This document shows positions 1 through 10,628 of a DNA stretch of 64,000 nt, one piece after another. The notes under the pieces are model-generated. The model saw nothing but the letters and a program-made list of their open reading frames with translations, ran no database searches and had not been told where the DNA came from. The position numbers and the translations under genes are program-made. Each line of letters starts with the position of its first letter. The stretch's first letter is position 1. This stretch comes from Torpedo marmorata. Taxonomy: Eukaryota. The stretch spans positions 59,210,001 to 59,274,000 of the forward strand of contig OZ360227.1 of the NCBI GenBank assembly GCA_977017645.1, written 5' to 3'.

Positions 1-270
1 TTTTTTCCTTCTACCCTCCCACCTGTATCCACCTATGACTTCTTGCTTGATGGCCTGCGCTCCTCCCCCTGCCCCTCCCTCCCTCCTTTTCTCTCCTCCC
101 TCTACCTTTTTATTCAGGCGCCTGCCTACTTTTTGCTCATAGCTGACGAAGGGCCCAGGCCCGAAATGTTGTTTACTCTTTATTTCCTGTGGATGCCGCG
201 TGACCTGTTGAGTTTCTCCAGCACGTTTGTGTATTGCACTCGACCCCAGCATCTACAGACTTTCCTTTAC
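1..270 (+). mobile_element. Penelope-like element 3' terminal (pLTR) fragment
   Basis: Matches the 3' end of the Penelope element at 5590-5810 (pyrimidine tract, hammerhead motif, gacctg.tgagtttctccagc tail). Confidence 0.8.
138..175 (+). ncRNA. Minimal type I hammerhead ribozyme motif (Penelope-associated)
   Basis: CTGACGA (143-149), A, stem II GGGC-ccag-GCCC, GAAA (163-166): canonical hammerhead core boxes. Confidence 0.7.
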
Positions 271-769
271 AATTACATCCTATTTTAACCCTTTTCACTC
301 TCACGTTCTCCAATCTCATCCCACCCACATCTGTGACATTTCTGATGCAATACACAAAATACAGCATTTTGATAAACTGAGTTTCTCCTGCACTTTTGTG
401 CATTTGCACTCAACCCCAGCATCTGCAGATTTTCCTGTTTAACTCCATGTGACATTTCTGATGTCCAACTGTCCAACTGGCTCACTCTCTACCTTCATCC
501 CACACCAACGTAGCTTGTGGGTCCTTTATTTCTTCCTTGAGCAGAGGGCAAACTCTTCCCTTTCTCCAATCTCCCTCTCCCTCTGTCTCTTTCACATATT
601 AAACAACTTCTCCTTCAAATTCACTCACTTCCTTCATACTAGTGTTACAGCTGTATTCACCTACATAGCTCCAAGCAGTCTCTTTGTGCAAAACATGGTT
701 CCTAGTTCATTTCATTACCACCCCCCCCCCTCACCTCTTTTTCTGTTTTTAGTTAAAGAGTCACAGATT

Positions 770-1230
770 TATACAGTGTAGGAACAAGCCCTGTCACCCA
801 ACTTGCTCACGCTGACCAAAATATCCTACCCACATTCGTCCCACACGCCTGCATTTGGTTCATATCCCTCTAAACATATTTGCATCCGTCCAAATTTTCT
901 TAAACGTTCCAATGGTTCCTGCCTCATCCACCTCCATACACCCACCAACCTCTGTGTAAAAAAAGTTATCCCTCAGGTTCCCATTAAATTTCTCCCCCCT
1001 CATCTTACACCTCTGGTTACTGATTCCCCAGCTCTGGGTGAAATACTGTGCATTAACCCAATTTATTCCTCTCCTGATTTTGTACACCTCTATGAGAAAA
1101 CCCCTCATCGTCTTGTGCTTCAAGGAATAAAGCCCCAACCTGCTCAAGCTCTCCCTATAGCTCAGGCCCCCGAGTCCTGGCAACATCCTCGTAAATCTTC
1201 TCTGCACCCTCTCCAGCTTGACAACATCGT
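770..1230 (-). mobile_element. CR1-clade LINE 3' fragment
   Basis: ORF 860-1207 (QRRFTRMLPGLGGLSYRESLSRLGLYSL...LIEVYKI) is typical CR1 ORF2 C-terminus and is homologous to 42960-43742. Confidence 0.85.
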
Positions 1231-1749
1231 TCCGATACTAAAACTGTATTTATAACTGAATTAGTCCAGCTTCCAGCTCCCAGAAAGAATATGACAGTTT
1301 CTGTTGGATTTCTGGCTCGAACGTCGACCATTCTTTTTCTCCCACTGATGCTGCTCGACCTGCTGAGTTCCTCCAGCAGATTGCGTTTGGCTTCAGATTC
1401 CAGCATCTGCAGTCTCCTGTGTGTTGCCAGTGATAGTTTCATTTCCTTTGTTGCCAGTTTCCATTCTGTTCTCTATTTCACAGAGACCATCCCAAACATT
1501 GTCCTTTCTTTACTTTTCTGTCTCCATCTCATAGAATAGGTTAACTCCAATAATTGTTAACCTATCCTATGACTCGGAACCTTTCCTATCCAGGAACCAG
1601 TACAAATGTCTTTGTACTCACCTCTACCACTTCCTCTGACAGCTCTTTCCATTTACACAGGTCCCAGGACATCAGGTCCCTTTAAAATCTTATCCCTCTC
1701 ACCATCAATCAATGCCCTCTTATTTTAGACTCCCCTACCATAGGGGAAA

Positions 1750-2000
1750 GGGCAGCATGGTTAGCTTTGCGGTTAGTGCAATGCTTTTACCGCACCAGTG
1801 ACCCAGGTTCGAATCCAGCGCTGTCGGTAAGGAGTTTGTACGTTCTCCCTGTGACCTGCGTGGGTTTCCTCTGCATGCTCCGGTTTTGTCCCACCCTCCA
1901 AAAACAAACAGGATTTGTAAGTTAATTGGTGTATTTGTGTGGCACGGGCCGGAAGGGCCTGTTACCGTGCTGTAACTCTAAATTTAACATTTTTAATTTA
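1750..2000 (+). mobile_element. tRNA-derived V-SINE (HE1-like)
   Basis: tRNA-like head with B box (ggttcgaatcc), V-domain-like core (ggagtttgtacgttctccc...gggtttcctc...ctccggttt) and CR1-like tail (gggccggaagggcctgttaccgtgctgta). Confidence 0.8.
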
Positions 2001-2302
2001 AAGACTGTGACCATCCACCTTATCTTGGCCCCTCATAGCTTTATGAACCTCTCTAACGTCACCAATCAGCTTCCTTTGCTCCAATAAAACAGTCCCATTC
2101 TATCCAGTCTTCCCTTATAACTCAAGCTCTCCAGTCCCAGCAACGTCATTGAGAATCTCTTCTGCATCCTCTCTTGTTTTGTGATGTGCTTCCTGTCGCT
2201 GGACAACCAGAACCGCACAAAGTGCTCCTGGTGCTGTCATACCAACACCCTGTACAGCTGTAACATGACACTCCATCTGTTGTACTCAGTGTCCCATCCA
2301 GT

Positions 2303-2505
2303 TAGGGTGGCCATTTCCAAACTTCCAAAAAGGAGGACATGGTCATAGGTTACCATATATATATATATATATATACAGTGTGTTTCAAAAAAAAATTATA
2401 CTTTTTTAATAAAATTTAAAACGTTTTGCAAAAACAACAAATGCAAACACACTGTATATATATGGTAACCTATGGCCATGTCCTCCTTTTGGAATGACCA
2501 CTCTA
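2303..2505. mobile_element. Palindromic hAT (Blackjack-like) MITE
   Basis: Termini tagggtggccat / atgaccactcta; long inverted arms (ccaaaa[a]ggaggacatgg.cataggttaccatatat...acagtgtgttt); degenerate 8-bp TSD catccagt / c-tccagt. Confidence 0.75.
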
Positions 2506-2737
2506 CTCCAGTGAATGCAAGCGTGCCATATGCCTTCTTCACCACTTTGTCCACATGTGTCTCTACTCTCAGGGAACTATGTACTTATCCCTCTTGGTCT
2601 CCCTGTTCTGCAGCACTCCCCAGGGCCCTGACATTCACTGTACAAGTCCTGCCCAGGTTTAGTTTCCCAGAATGCATATTTGCCTGATTTAAATTCCATC
2701 TGCCATTCCTTTGCCCCCTTTTCTGGTTGATCTAGAT

Positions 2738-3112
2738 CAGTGGTTTTCAAACTGCCCCCCTAAATTCACATTCCACCTTAAGCAATCCCTATGCCATAAG
2801 TGCTCTGTGATTAGTAAGGGATTGCTTAAGGTGGTATGTGAGTGGAAATAAAAAGTTTGATAACCACTGTTTTAATCGTACCTAATTGACTCGTTATGTG
2901 CACGGTTTCATAACTCCAAAGGAAATGGGCCAATGACAATTTTTCTCAAGCAAAATATTTCAGTAACAATTGGGTCTAGAGCAGTGGTTCTCAACCTTCC
3001 CTTCCCATTCACATATCACCTTAAGCAATCCTTTACTAATCACAGAGCACCTATGGCATAGGGATTGCTTAAGGTGGAATGTGAGTCTAGGGGGGCAGTT
3101 TGAAAACCACTG
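2738..3112. mobile_element. Composite hAT-Charlie-like element: two inverted ~130-bp MITEs around a spacer
   Basis: CAGTGGTT.TCAA termini; perfect 8-bp TSD atctagat (2730-2737, 3113-3120); units 2738-2869 and 2982-3112 are inverted copies. Confidence 0.85.
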
Positions 3113-3427
3113 ATCTAGATCTTGTGGTAACCTTAAACAGCCACCTTCACTGTCCATATCACTGAAGATGCAGTTGGTTCCTGGCACACCAGTGCAGATC
3201 CTGTTGGCTACAACAGCCAAGCAACCTTCATCATTTACCTCCACACAACATGCAACTATTTAAACCCACATACCAAGTATAAACTGGGCTCTGACGAACC
3301 TATCAAAGTCATGACAAAGGAATAAAACACAAAAGTCTGCAGACTCCATGATTGAAGTAAAAACGCAATGATGGAGAAACTCAGCAGGTCAAACAGCGTA
3401 CTTTATATAGCAAAGATAAAGATATAT

Positions 3428-3464
3428 AGCCAACGTTTCGGGCTTGAGCCCTTCATCAAGGCAT
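3428..3464 (-). ncRNA. Minimal hammerhead ribozyme motif in the inverted pLTR
   Basis: Reverse complement reads catgcc TTGATGA a GGGC tcaa GCCC GAAACGTT ggc. Confidence 0.65.
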
Positions 3465-5456
3465 GACCGTGATTCTCCACCCCCCACCCAAGACCCTTTC
3501 TCCCGCTTCAAGCCTTCTTCCTCTTCTTGGACACCCCGCCCTGGCCAGCTGCCCGCTCTGGACCTTTTTATTTCCAACTGCCGCCGAGACATCAACTGTC
3601 TCAACTTCACCACTCCCCTCTCGTATTCCAACCTCACCTCCTCAGAACACTCTGCCCTCCACTCTCTCCGCAACAATCCCAACCTCACCATCAAACCCGC
3701 AGACAAGGGCGGTGCGGTTGTGGTCTGGCGCACTGACCTCTATCTTGCCGAGGTCAGTCGACAACTCTCAGACACCTCCTCCTACCGACCCCTCCCACAG
3801 GACCCCACCACAGCACATCAAGCCACTGTCTCCAACACCATCTCCGACCTCATCACCTACGGTCACCTCCCCTCCACGGCCACCAACCTCATTCTCCCCC
3901 ACCCCCGCACTGCCCGTTTCTACCTTCTACCCAAGATACACAAACCCAACCATCCGGGTAGACCCATTGTTTCTGCCTGCTCCTGCCCCACCGAACTAGT
4001 TTCATCTTACCTTGACTCCATCTTTTCTCCCCTGGTCCAATCCCTCCCCACCTACATCCGCGACACCTCACATGCCCTCCATCTCCTCAATGACTTCAGA
4101 TTCCCTGAACCGGACCGCATCATCTTCACCATGGATGTCCAATCCCTTTATACCTCCATCCCCCATACAGAAGGTCTGAAAGCACTTCGCTTCTTCCTGG
4201 ACCAAAGACCCGACCAGTCACCCTCTACCACCACCCTCCTCCGCCTGGCAGAACTTGTCCTTACTCTCAATAACTTCTCCTTCAACTCATCCCACTTCCT
4301 CCAAATCAAAGGAGTAGCTATGGGTACCCGCATGGGCCCCAGTTACGCCTGCCTGTTTGTGGGCTTTGTGGAGCAATCCATGCTGCAAGCCTACACAGGC
4401 AAGACCCCTCATCTCTTCCTCCGGTATATCGACGACTACATCGGGGCTGCCTCATGCACCCACGATGAGCTTGTCAACTTCATCCACTTCGCATCCAACT
4501 TTCACCACGATCTCAAACTCACCTGGTCCATCTCCGATAACACTCTCCCCTTCCTGGATCTCTCTGTCTCCATCTCGGGAGACAAGCTTTCCACCGACAT
4601 TCACTACAAACCCTCCAACTCCCACAACTATCTGGACTACACATCCTCACACCCTGTCCCCTGCAAGGACTCCATCCCCTTCTCTCAATTTCTCCGCCTC
4701 CGCCGCATCTGTTCCCAAGATGAGGTGTTCCACTCCAGATCTTCTGAAATGTCTGCCTTTTTCCACAAACGTGGCTTCCCCTCCACCACCATCAACTCAG
4801 CCCTCACCCGCATCTCCTCCATTTCCCACTCATCTGCCCTGGCCCCATCTGCCCCCAGACGCAACATACATAGAATACCCCTCATCCTCACCTACCACCC
4901 CACCAGCCTCCGCATCCAACACATTATCCGCCGGAATTTCCGGCACTTGCTGCAGGATCCCACCACCAGACACATTTTTCCTTCTCCTCCCCTCTCGGCC
5001 TTCCGTAGGGACCGCTCCCTCCGCGATTCACTCGTGCACTCGACCCTCCCCACCCATCGCACCCCCAGAACCTTCCCCTGTGCCCGCAGGAGGTGCAACA
5101 CCTGCGCCCACACCTCCCCCCTCACCACGGTCCAGGGCCCCAAACAGACCTTCCAAGTGAAACTACACTTCACTTGTACATCCAGAGGACTTATTTACTG
5201 CATCCGGTGCTCCCTTTGTGGCTTTCTATACATTGGAGAGACCGGTCGTAGATTGGGAGACCGCTTTGCTGAGCACCTCCGCTCGGTTCGCAACAACAGC
5301 GACCTCCCAGTAGCCAACCATTTCAATTCTGGGTCACACTCCCACACTCACATGTCTGTCCATGGCCTCATGTACTATCCCACCCAGACTACCCGCAAAT
5401 TGGAGGAACAACATCTCATATTCCAGTCTCGGCACTCTCCAGCCAGATGGAATTAA
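3444..5456 (+). CDS. Penelope-like RT + GIY-YIG endonuclease (5'-truncated; C-terminal frameshift near 5425)
   Basis: PADKG, GRPIVS, MDVQSLYTSIP, GVAMG, RYIDD; Cys linker CARRRCNTC; IYCIRCSLC..YIGET..R..EH. A 1-bp insertion shifts the family end LIFRLGTLQPDGINIDF. The listed start lies in the inverted repeat and is not a real start. Confidence 0.9.
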   Translation: MSPSSRHDRDSPPPTQDPFSRFKPSSSSWTPRPGQLPALDLFISNCRRDINCLNFTTPLSYSNLTSSEHSALHSLRNNPNLTIKPADKGGAVVVWRTDLYLAEVSRQLSDTSSYRPLPQDPTTAHQATVSNTISDLITYGHLPSTATNLILPHPRTARFYLLPKIHKPNHPGRPIVSACSCPTELVSSYLDSIFSPLVQSLPTYIRDTSHALHLLNDFRFPEPDRIIFTMDVQSLYTSIPHTEGLKALRFFLDQRPDQSPSTTTLLRLAELVLTLNNFSFNSSHFLQIKGVAMGTRMGPSYACLFVGFVEQSMLQAYTGKTPHLFLRYIDDYIGAASCTHDELVNFIHFASNFHHDLKLTWSISDNTLPFLDLSVSISGDKLSTDIHYKPSNSHNYLDYTSSHPVPCKDSIPFSQFLRLRRICSQDEVFHSRSSEMSAFFHKRGFPSTTINSALTRISSISHSSALAPSAPRRNIHRIPLILTYHPTSLRIQHIIRRNFRHLLQDPTTRHIFPSPPLSAFRRDRSLRDSLVHSTLPTHRTPRTFPCARRRCNTCAHTSPLTTVQGPKQTFQVKLHFTCTSRGLIYCIRCSLCGFLYIGETGRRLGDRFAEHLRSVRNNSDLPVANHFNSGSHSHTHMSVHGLMYYPTQTTRKLEEQHLIFQSRHSPARWN

Positions 5457-5665
5457 CATTGACTTTTCTGCTTTCCACTAAACCTGCTTGTTGTTCCCTT
5501 CCCCTCCCCTCACCTGTCCTTCCTGTTTTTTTTCCACCCAACCAGCCATCCCTCCTCCCCCTCTTTGCTGCTGTCCCCTCCCTCCTTTCTCCACCTATCA
5601 TCTCCTGCCTTTCCCACCCCCCTTCCCCCCTCACTCCTTTGTTCGGACGTCTGCCGGCATTTTCT

Positions 5666-5706
5666 CATACTTTGATGAAGGGCTCAAGCCTGAAACGTCG
5701 GTTATG
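5666..5706 (+). ncRNA. Minimal hammerhead ribozyme motif in the 3' pLTR
   Basis: catact TTGATGA a GGGC tcaa GCCT GAAACGTC ggttatg. Stem I is catact/ggttatg; palindromic ACGT replaces stem III. Confidence 0.7.
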
Positions 5707-6053
5707 TATTTCTACCTTTGCTACATAAAAGACACTGTTTGACCTGCTGAGTTCTCCAGCTTTTGTGTTTTTTACTTCAACCACGGTGTCTATAGATTTT
5801 CGTGTTTACTTATGAGCAAAATGTAGACAGGCACTTGAACAAAATGGTTGGGGGGGAAGAGGGGCAGGGGGGGAGCACATTCCCACAGGCAGGAGGTAAT
5901 AGGTGGATAAGGGAGCGAGGGCACACCAGCAAACAAGGGGAAGGAGGTGGTTCTATGAAAAGAGAGGGAAAGGGGGAGAGCTGGAGGAAAAAGACAGAGG
6001 AATGGGGAACAGAGGGAGAAGGAACCTTGATTTTATATCTTGTGGATTCTTTA

Positions 6054-6637
6054 GGCCCTTTTATAGTGGAAAAAAACCGATTGTAAAGACAGAATATTTC
6101 TGTCTTTAAATCGCTGCACTTACCTCCATAAAAGGTCCGATGGCGGATTGGCTAGTCGAACTCCGATCCGCCTAGGGGGGTACACTCAGAGGTGGAGTGA
6201 AGTCGCTCCACCTCCTCCATAAAAGGAATGCCGCTGAAAGCGGCTGCAAAGGGGAGGGCTGATGATGTTGCGAGCGACCCAAGCACGAATTTTAAAGCGC
6301 TCAGTGCATTCAGATACAGGGCAATAGCAACCGTGATTTGTCTCTAAAGTATCATTACTATTCATATGAGTGATGGCTAAAGGTTTATGTTCTTTTAGGT
6401 GGGAGGGAATGTCTATATTAATTTTTCACTTGCCGGCGCGTACGTTTGACATCACGGTGACGGGCGGCGCTACTGCACCACTCGTCCCGCCTCCCTCAGC
6501 TCCAGAAGACAGCTCCCGATTCTGATCTCCAAAAAGGCAACGTTGTATCCGCATTATAGGCTGTCACCATAAAAGGTAAATTCACCTTTTTTTTTCCTTG
6601 AGCCGGCTTTAATGCGGGGTTGCACCATAAAAAGGGT
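6054..6637. mobile_element. Putative PIF/Harbinger-like non-autonomous element
   Basis: Imperfect TIRs ggcccttttatagtg / caccataaaaagggt; TTA/TAA flanks; internal repeats ccataaaagg (~6126, 6217, 6567); CpG-rich interior. Confidence 0.5.
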
Positions 6638-7029
6638 TAATTGATTCATTTTTAATCAAGTAGACCTGATAGTGTTAGATATTTTTGATCCAGGGATTCA
6701 TGCACCAGAGATTTTCTGGGTCTTTTTTCCCCTCCTTTGTTGAGAACTCCTGATTTTAGTCCTCATACTGTAAATTATTATTTTTTTTAAATATGTCCAA
6801 CTTGCATCTTAACCACTTAATTTTAACCCAAAGTTCAGAAAACAGTAAATAATAGTTCCTGGGTATGTAAATGCCCTTTGGCTAAACTTGTTATGAGGCA
6901 CTCAAGTGGATTGAAACGTGTCTGTTGTTTGTCTTTCCTTCCAGCAGCTTTTGGGAATGGTTTCAAACCTCAGTGAATGACTTCATTTCCAGATCTCCAT
7001 CTTCCAACAGAGCACTGCCGTATTATTCT

Positions 7030-7100
7030 CCTCAGTTACGTGTGATTGAGAGGACCTTTGGCTCCTTGTTAATGGATTTCAGATGCCTTGACGATTTGAG
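7030..7100 (+). pseudogene. Harbinger/HARBI1-like transposase relic
   Basis: Translation RVIERTFGSLLMDFRCLD resembles the R..IERxFG.LK.RFRCLD motif around the catalytic Glu of Harbinger DDE transposases. The match is short. Confidence 0.5.
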
Positions 7101-8059
7101 GGAGTAGAGAATCATCAGATGTCTACAGCAAGTTTTATTCCACGTTGATCACATTATCACCCTTGGGCAGAGTTATGGTAGGACAGCATTAATCAATTGG
7201 GAAATGATATTGAAGGCAAGGAACAAATGAAGAAATTGTGGCAGCAGTCTCCAAGGACTGAAAGGTTTTGCTTTAACATTAAGAATAATTAATTAGTTTT
7301 TTGACTGCGAAGCTTATGAAAAACAGGAATCCAATGACTCATTCAGAAATCTTAGCTGAAGTACAGCCAGGGCTATTGCAATTTCCCTCCAGCTGCTGTG
7401 GAGAGTTGGCCTCATTAGATTCAACAAGGTCAGCTCTTAAATGCTTTCAGGACACGTTCGCCTTCTTTAACGTCAACCAGAAGCACCCAGTTGTCAACAC
7501 AGAAACAAGGAAACGATTAAGCAAAATATACATTGTCTTTCTTCAGAATAGATCACACAACTCCCTGAGTTGACAAGACAGTGAGAAGTAATTCCATGAA
7601 ACTGTTTCTCATCTTTCTGGTCCAGTAATGGAATCACACAAATGTGGTTTAATAGATCAATGAAATTTTTGAAGATGGAACAATGAATTATTTTATCCCT
7701 TTTTAAAACAAAAATGTTTACTTGAAAATTTTGCATCCACAATTGGGACAATTTGCATTAGCACTTTGAGTTACAACATTATATTCCAAATAACTTTGTG
7801 AAGTAATGTGAGCTACAAAACATTATCTGTGAAGATTACTTCTCAACAAGTGTGAGTTAAAGGAATTGGGCCAGTGTGATCTAGTCCAATAAAACAAAAT
7901 TATCATCTCACCTTGATTCTTTCTTTAAACTATGCCCTCTGGCTATTGATTTTCCAGCATTGGGGAAAATTGTGCACCATTTATACTCATGAAACAAAAA
8001 AAAAAAACAGTTTAATTTCCTTTTAACCTTCTCTATAACAAAACAATTTATGCCAGGTG

Positions 8060-8600
8060 TTCTAACGCGCTGGAGAAACACAGCAGGTCACGCAGCCTCC
8101 ATAGGAAGCAAAGGTATATAACCAATATTTCCAGCCTGAGCCCTTCGTCAAGGTATGAGCAAAAAGCAGGCAGGTGTCTGAATATAAAGGTGGGGGAAGA
8201 AGGGACAGAGGGAGTAAAACAAGCCAACAGGCAGGAGGTCATGTGGATATGGGTGGGAGGGCAGGAGAAAAAAAAGGTGAGGTGATGGGGAGGGAGTAGC
8301 TCTGAATGGAGAGGGAAGGGGTGGAGCTGGAGGAAAGGAGAGAGAGAGAGACAGAGACAGAGACAGAAAGACAAAGCGTCTAACAGAAACTGGAGAAGTC
8401 AATGTTAATGCCATCTGGTTGGAGAGTGCCCAGAGGGAATAATAGGTGTTGTTCCTCCAATTTGCCAGTGGCTTCGATTTGGCAGTGCAACTGGGCACTC
8501 TCCAACCAGATGGCATTAACAACGACTTTTCCAGTTTCCATTGAGCCCCTCCCCTGTCTGTCTCTCTCTTTTTCCCTATTCCTCTGGCGCCTATAATGCT
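8060..8600. mobile_element. Penelope 3' fragments in inverted arrangement
   Basis: Minus-strand KLEEQHLLFPLGTLQPDGINIDF and a degenerate hammerhead (~8122-8157), then a plus-strand copy from 8491. Confidence 0.8.
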
Positions 8601-9059
8601 CTACTTGTGACAAAAGCAATATATTCACAAATCAGAAATAAAAATAGAAAATGCTGGATAAAGTCTGCCGTCAGGATATTTATACAAAGACAAAAATATA
8701 AGGAACCCTCTTGCCCCATGACCTTCCATCAGAACACCTTCATGGCTTGTTTTATTTTACACTCCTTTGAGGCATGACAAATAATTTATTAACATTTTAC
8801 ACAACTACTTGCTTTTATGTTTCAGATCTACATTTATAAATCTCCAGAAGAATTTCTTTTAACAACTTTTTCAACTTGCCCTGACACCTACAAAGCTTTG
8901 CTCATGTCATTTCCCAGGTCTCACTGCCTGTTGCCTGTTAAAAACATCTAAGATTTTGTTTATTTCCCTTTGTTCTCTCCAAAATACATCACTTCGCAGT
9001 TCTCTTAATTGATCTGTCATATGATCTACCAATTCGCTTCTGTCCCTGTACTTAAACAA

Positions 9060-9600
9060 GAAAATCTGCAGATGCGGGGTTTCAAGTGCAATACACAAAT
9101 GTGCTGGAGAAACTCAACAGGTCATGCAGCGTCCAGAGGAAGTAAAAGGTAACCAACGTTTCAGGCCTGAGCCCTTTGTCAGGAATCTGGAAGAACAGGT
9201 TGATGCCTGAATAAAATGTAGGTGGAGGAGGGAGGGGGGAGGGGGGATGTGGAGAGGAGTGGAGGGAGGAAGGGGGAGGGGGAGGAGCACAGACTAACTG
9301 GTAAGAGGTAATAAGTGGATACAGGTGGGAGGGTAGAAGAGAAAGAAGCTGAGAAGTGATGGGGAGGGGTCAGAGGACTAAGAAGTGTAGCTGTCTGATC
9401 AAAGAAGAAAAGGAAGGGAATGGGGTGGGGAGCTGGAGGAAAGGAGACAGAGGGAAAGAAAGAGACCAGGGGAGACGGTTAACGGAAATTGGAGGTCGAT
9501 ATTGATGCTGTCTGGTTGGAGAGTGCCCAGACAGAATATAAGGTGTTTTACCTCCAAGTTGCGGGTGGCCTTAATTTGGCAAAGCATGAGGCCATGTCCC
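9060..9600 (-). mobile_element. Penelope 3' fragment
   Basis: LEVKHLIFCLGTLQPDSINID; hammerhead remnant ~9153-9183; same family tail. Confidence 0.8.
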
Positions 9601-10199
9601 TGCCCTTTTTTCTGATTACTCGATTTCTGTGTTATGGGTCAATTGAAAAATTGTGTATGCTTCCCCATCAATCAAAGTTCAAATTTCTAAGTTCAAATTT
9701 ATTGTCAGAGTATATACATGACATCACATACAACCCTGAAATTATTTTTATTAACATGTATTGAAAAGTAAAGTGGTCCCAATACCAAACTTTGCATAGC
9801 ATCTCTGCACACTTCTCTTCAGTTAAAATGCACTATCCAACATGTCCTTGTGCGATCGATCCCTTAATCATTATCCGCTGCCCCAGCAATCCTATGGGAT
9901 TAACGTTTCCTGCTATTTGTGCTTTGGTACCTTATTAACTTTGAAAGGTTTGGTGTTGAGATTAAAAAATGTTTCATAATTGAGATATATACCTGAGTAG
10001 CTCTTTTTAAATTCCATTCACATAAACAATAATGAGGTCTCTGGGGAAAACTGCACTGAACACTGTTAGTTCTCACACTGCATTATCTCATAATATCATG
10101 GGAGATTTTCTGATTCATCAAGTCGATGTCGGCCCTCAGTGCAATCCCATCAATCCTACACCCCACATTTCCCGCAACCGTACCTCTCCCACATGCCCA

Positions 10200-10420
10200 T
10201 CCACTCTGCTCGGAATCTTCTGCACACACCTACAGTAGCAGCAATTTAGAGTCCTCGATTAACCTACCAACCATGCCTCTGGAATGTGGTAAGAATGCGG
10301 AAATCCTAAGGGATACCCACGCACTCACGGGAAGAAGACGAGAACTCCACAAGGCAGCATCAAAGGTCAGGATTCAATGCGGGTGGGTGGAGATAAGAGG
10401 CAACGGTTTGTACCAGGCAT
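10200..10420 (-). mobile_element. Degenerate V-SINE
   Basis: Antisense similarity to the SINE at 1750-2000. Confidence 0.55.
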
Positions 10421-10628
10421 GTGTGATCCTCATGTGTTCATATGGCTCGATTAATGCTATTGTCATCTAGATTTGCCTTGGCTGACCAGTCATAGTCCAT
10501 TACAAATCATTTTGCCATTTTTTCTATTGTTAATGTGGCGACCACTATCCATAAAAAGGCCGCTCGGAGGTTAAGTAGGCTCTTAACTGTGAAGTCCAGA
10601 TGCGTTTTTAAACTGTTTATTAATGAAC

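Larger units (their letters stand above)
1600..3175 (-). mobile_element. Degenerate CR1 LINE fragment hosting a SINE and two MITEs
   Basis: Antisense CR1-like sequence resumes on both sides of each insertion and resembles 41850-42690. Confidence 0.65.
3320..5810 (+). mobile_element. 5'-truncated Penelope-like element (Neptune type) with inverted terminal pLTR copy
   Basis: RT plus GIY-YIG ORF; 3320-3462 is a diverged reverse complement of 5665-5810. Confidence 0.92.

Noticed and set aside
1750-1830. tRNA gene
   Set aside because: It is the tRNA-derived head of a multi-copy SINE; no full cloverleaf is evident.
3463-5173. Overlapping Pro/Ser/Thr-rich and antisense ORFs over Penelope
   Set aside because: Shadow frames caused by the strong C-rich strand bias.
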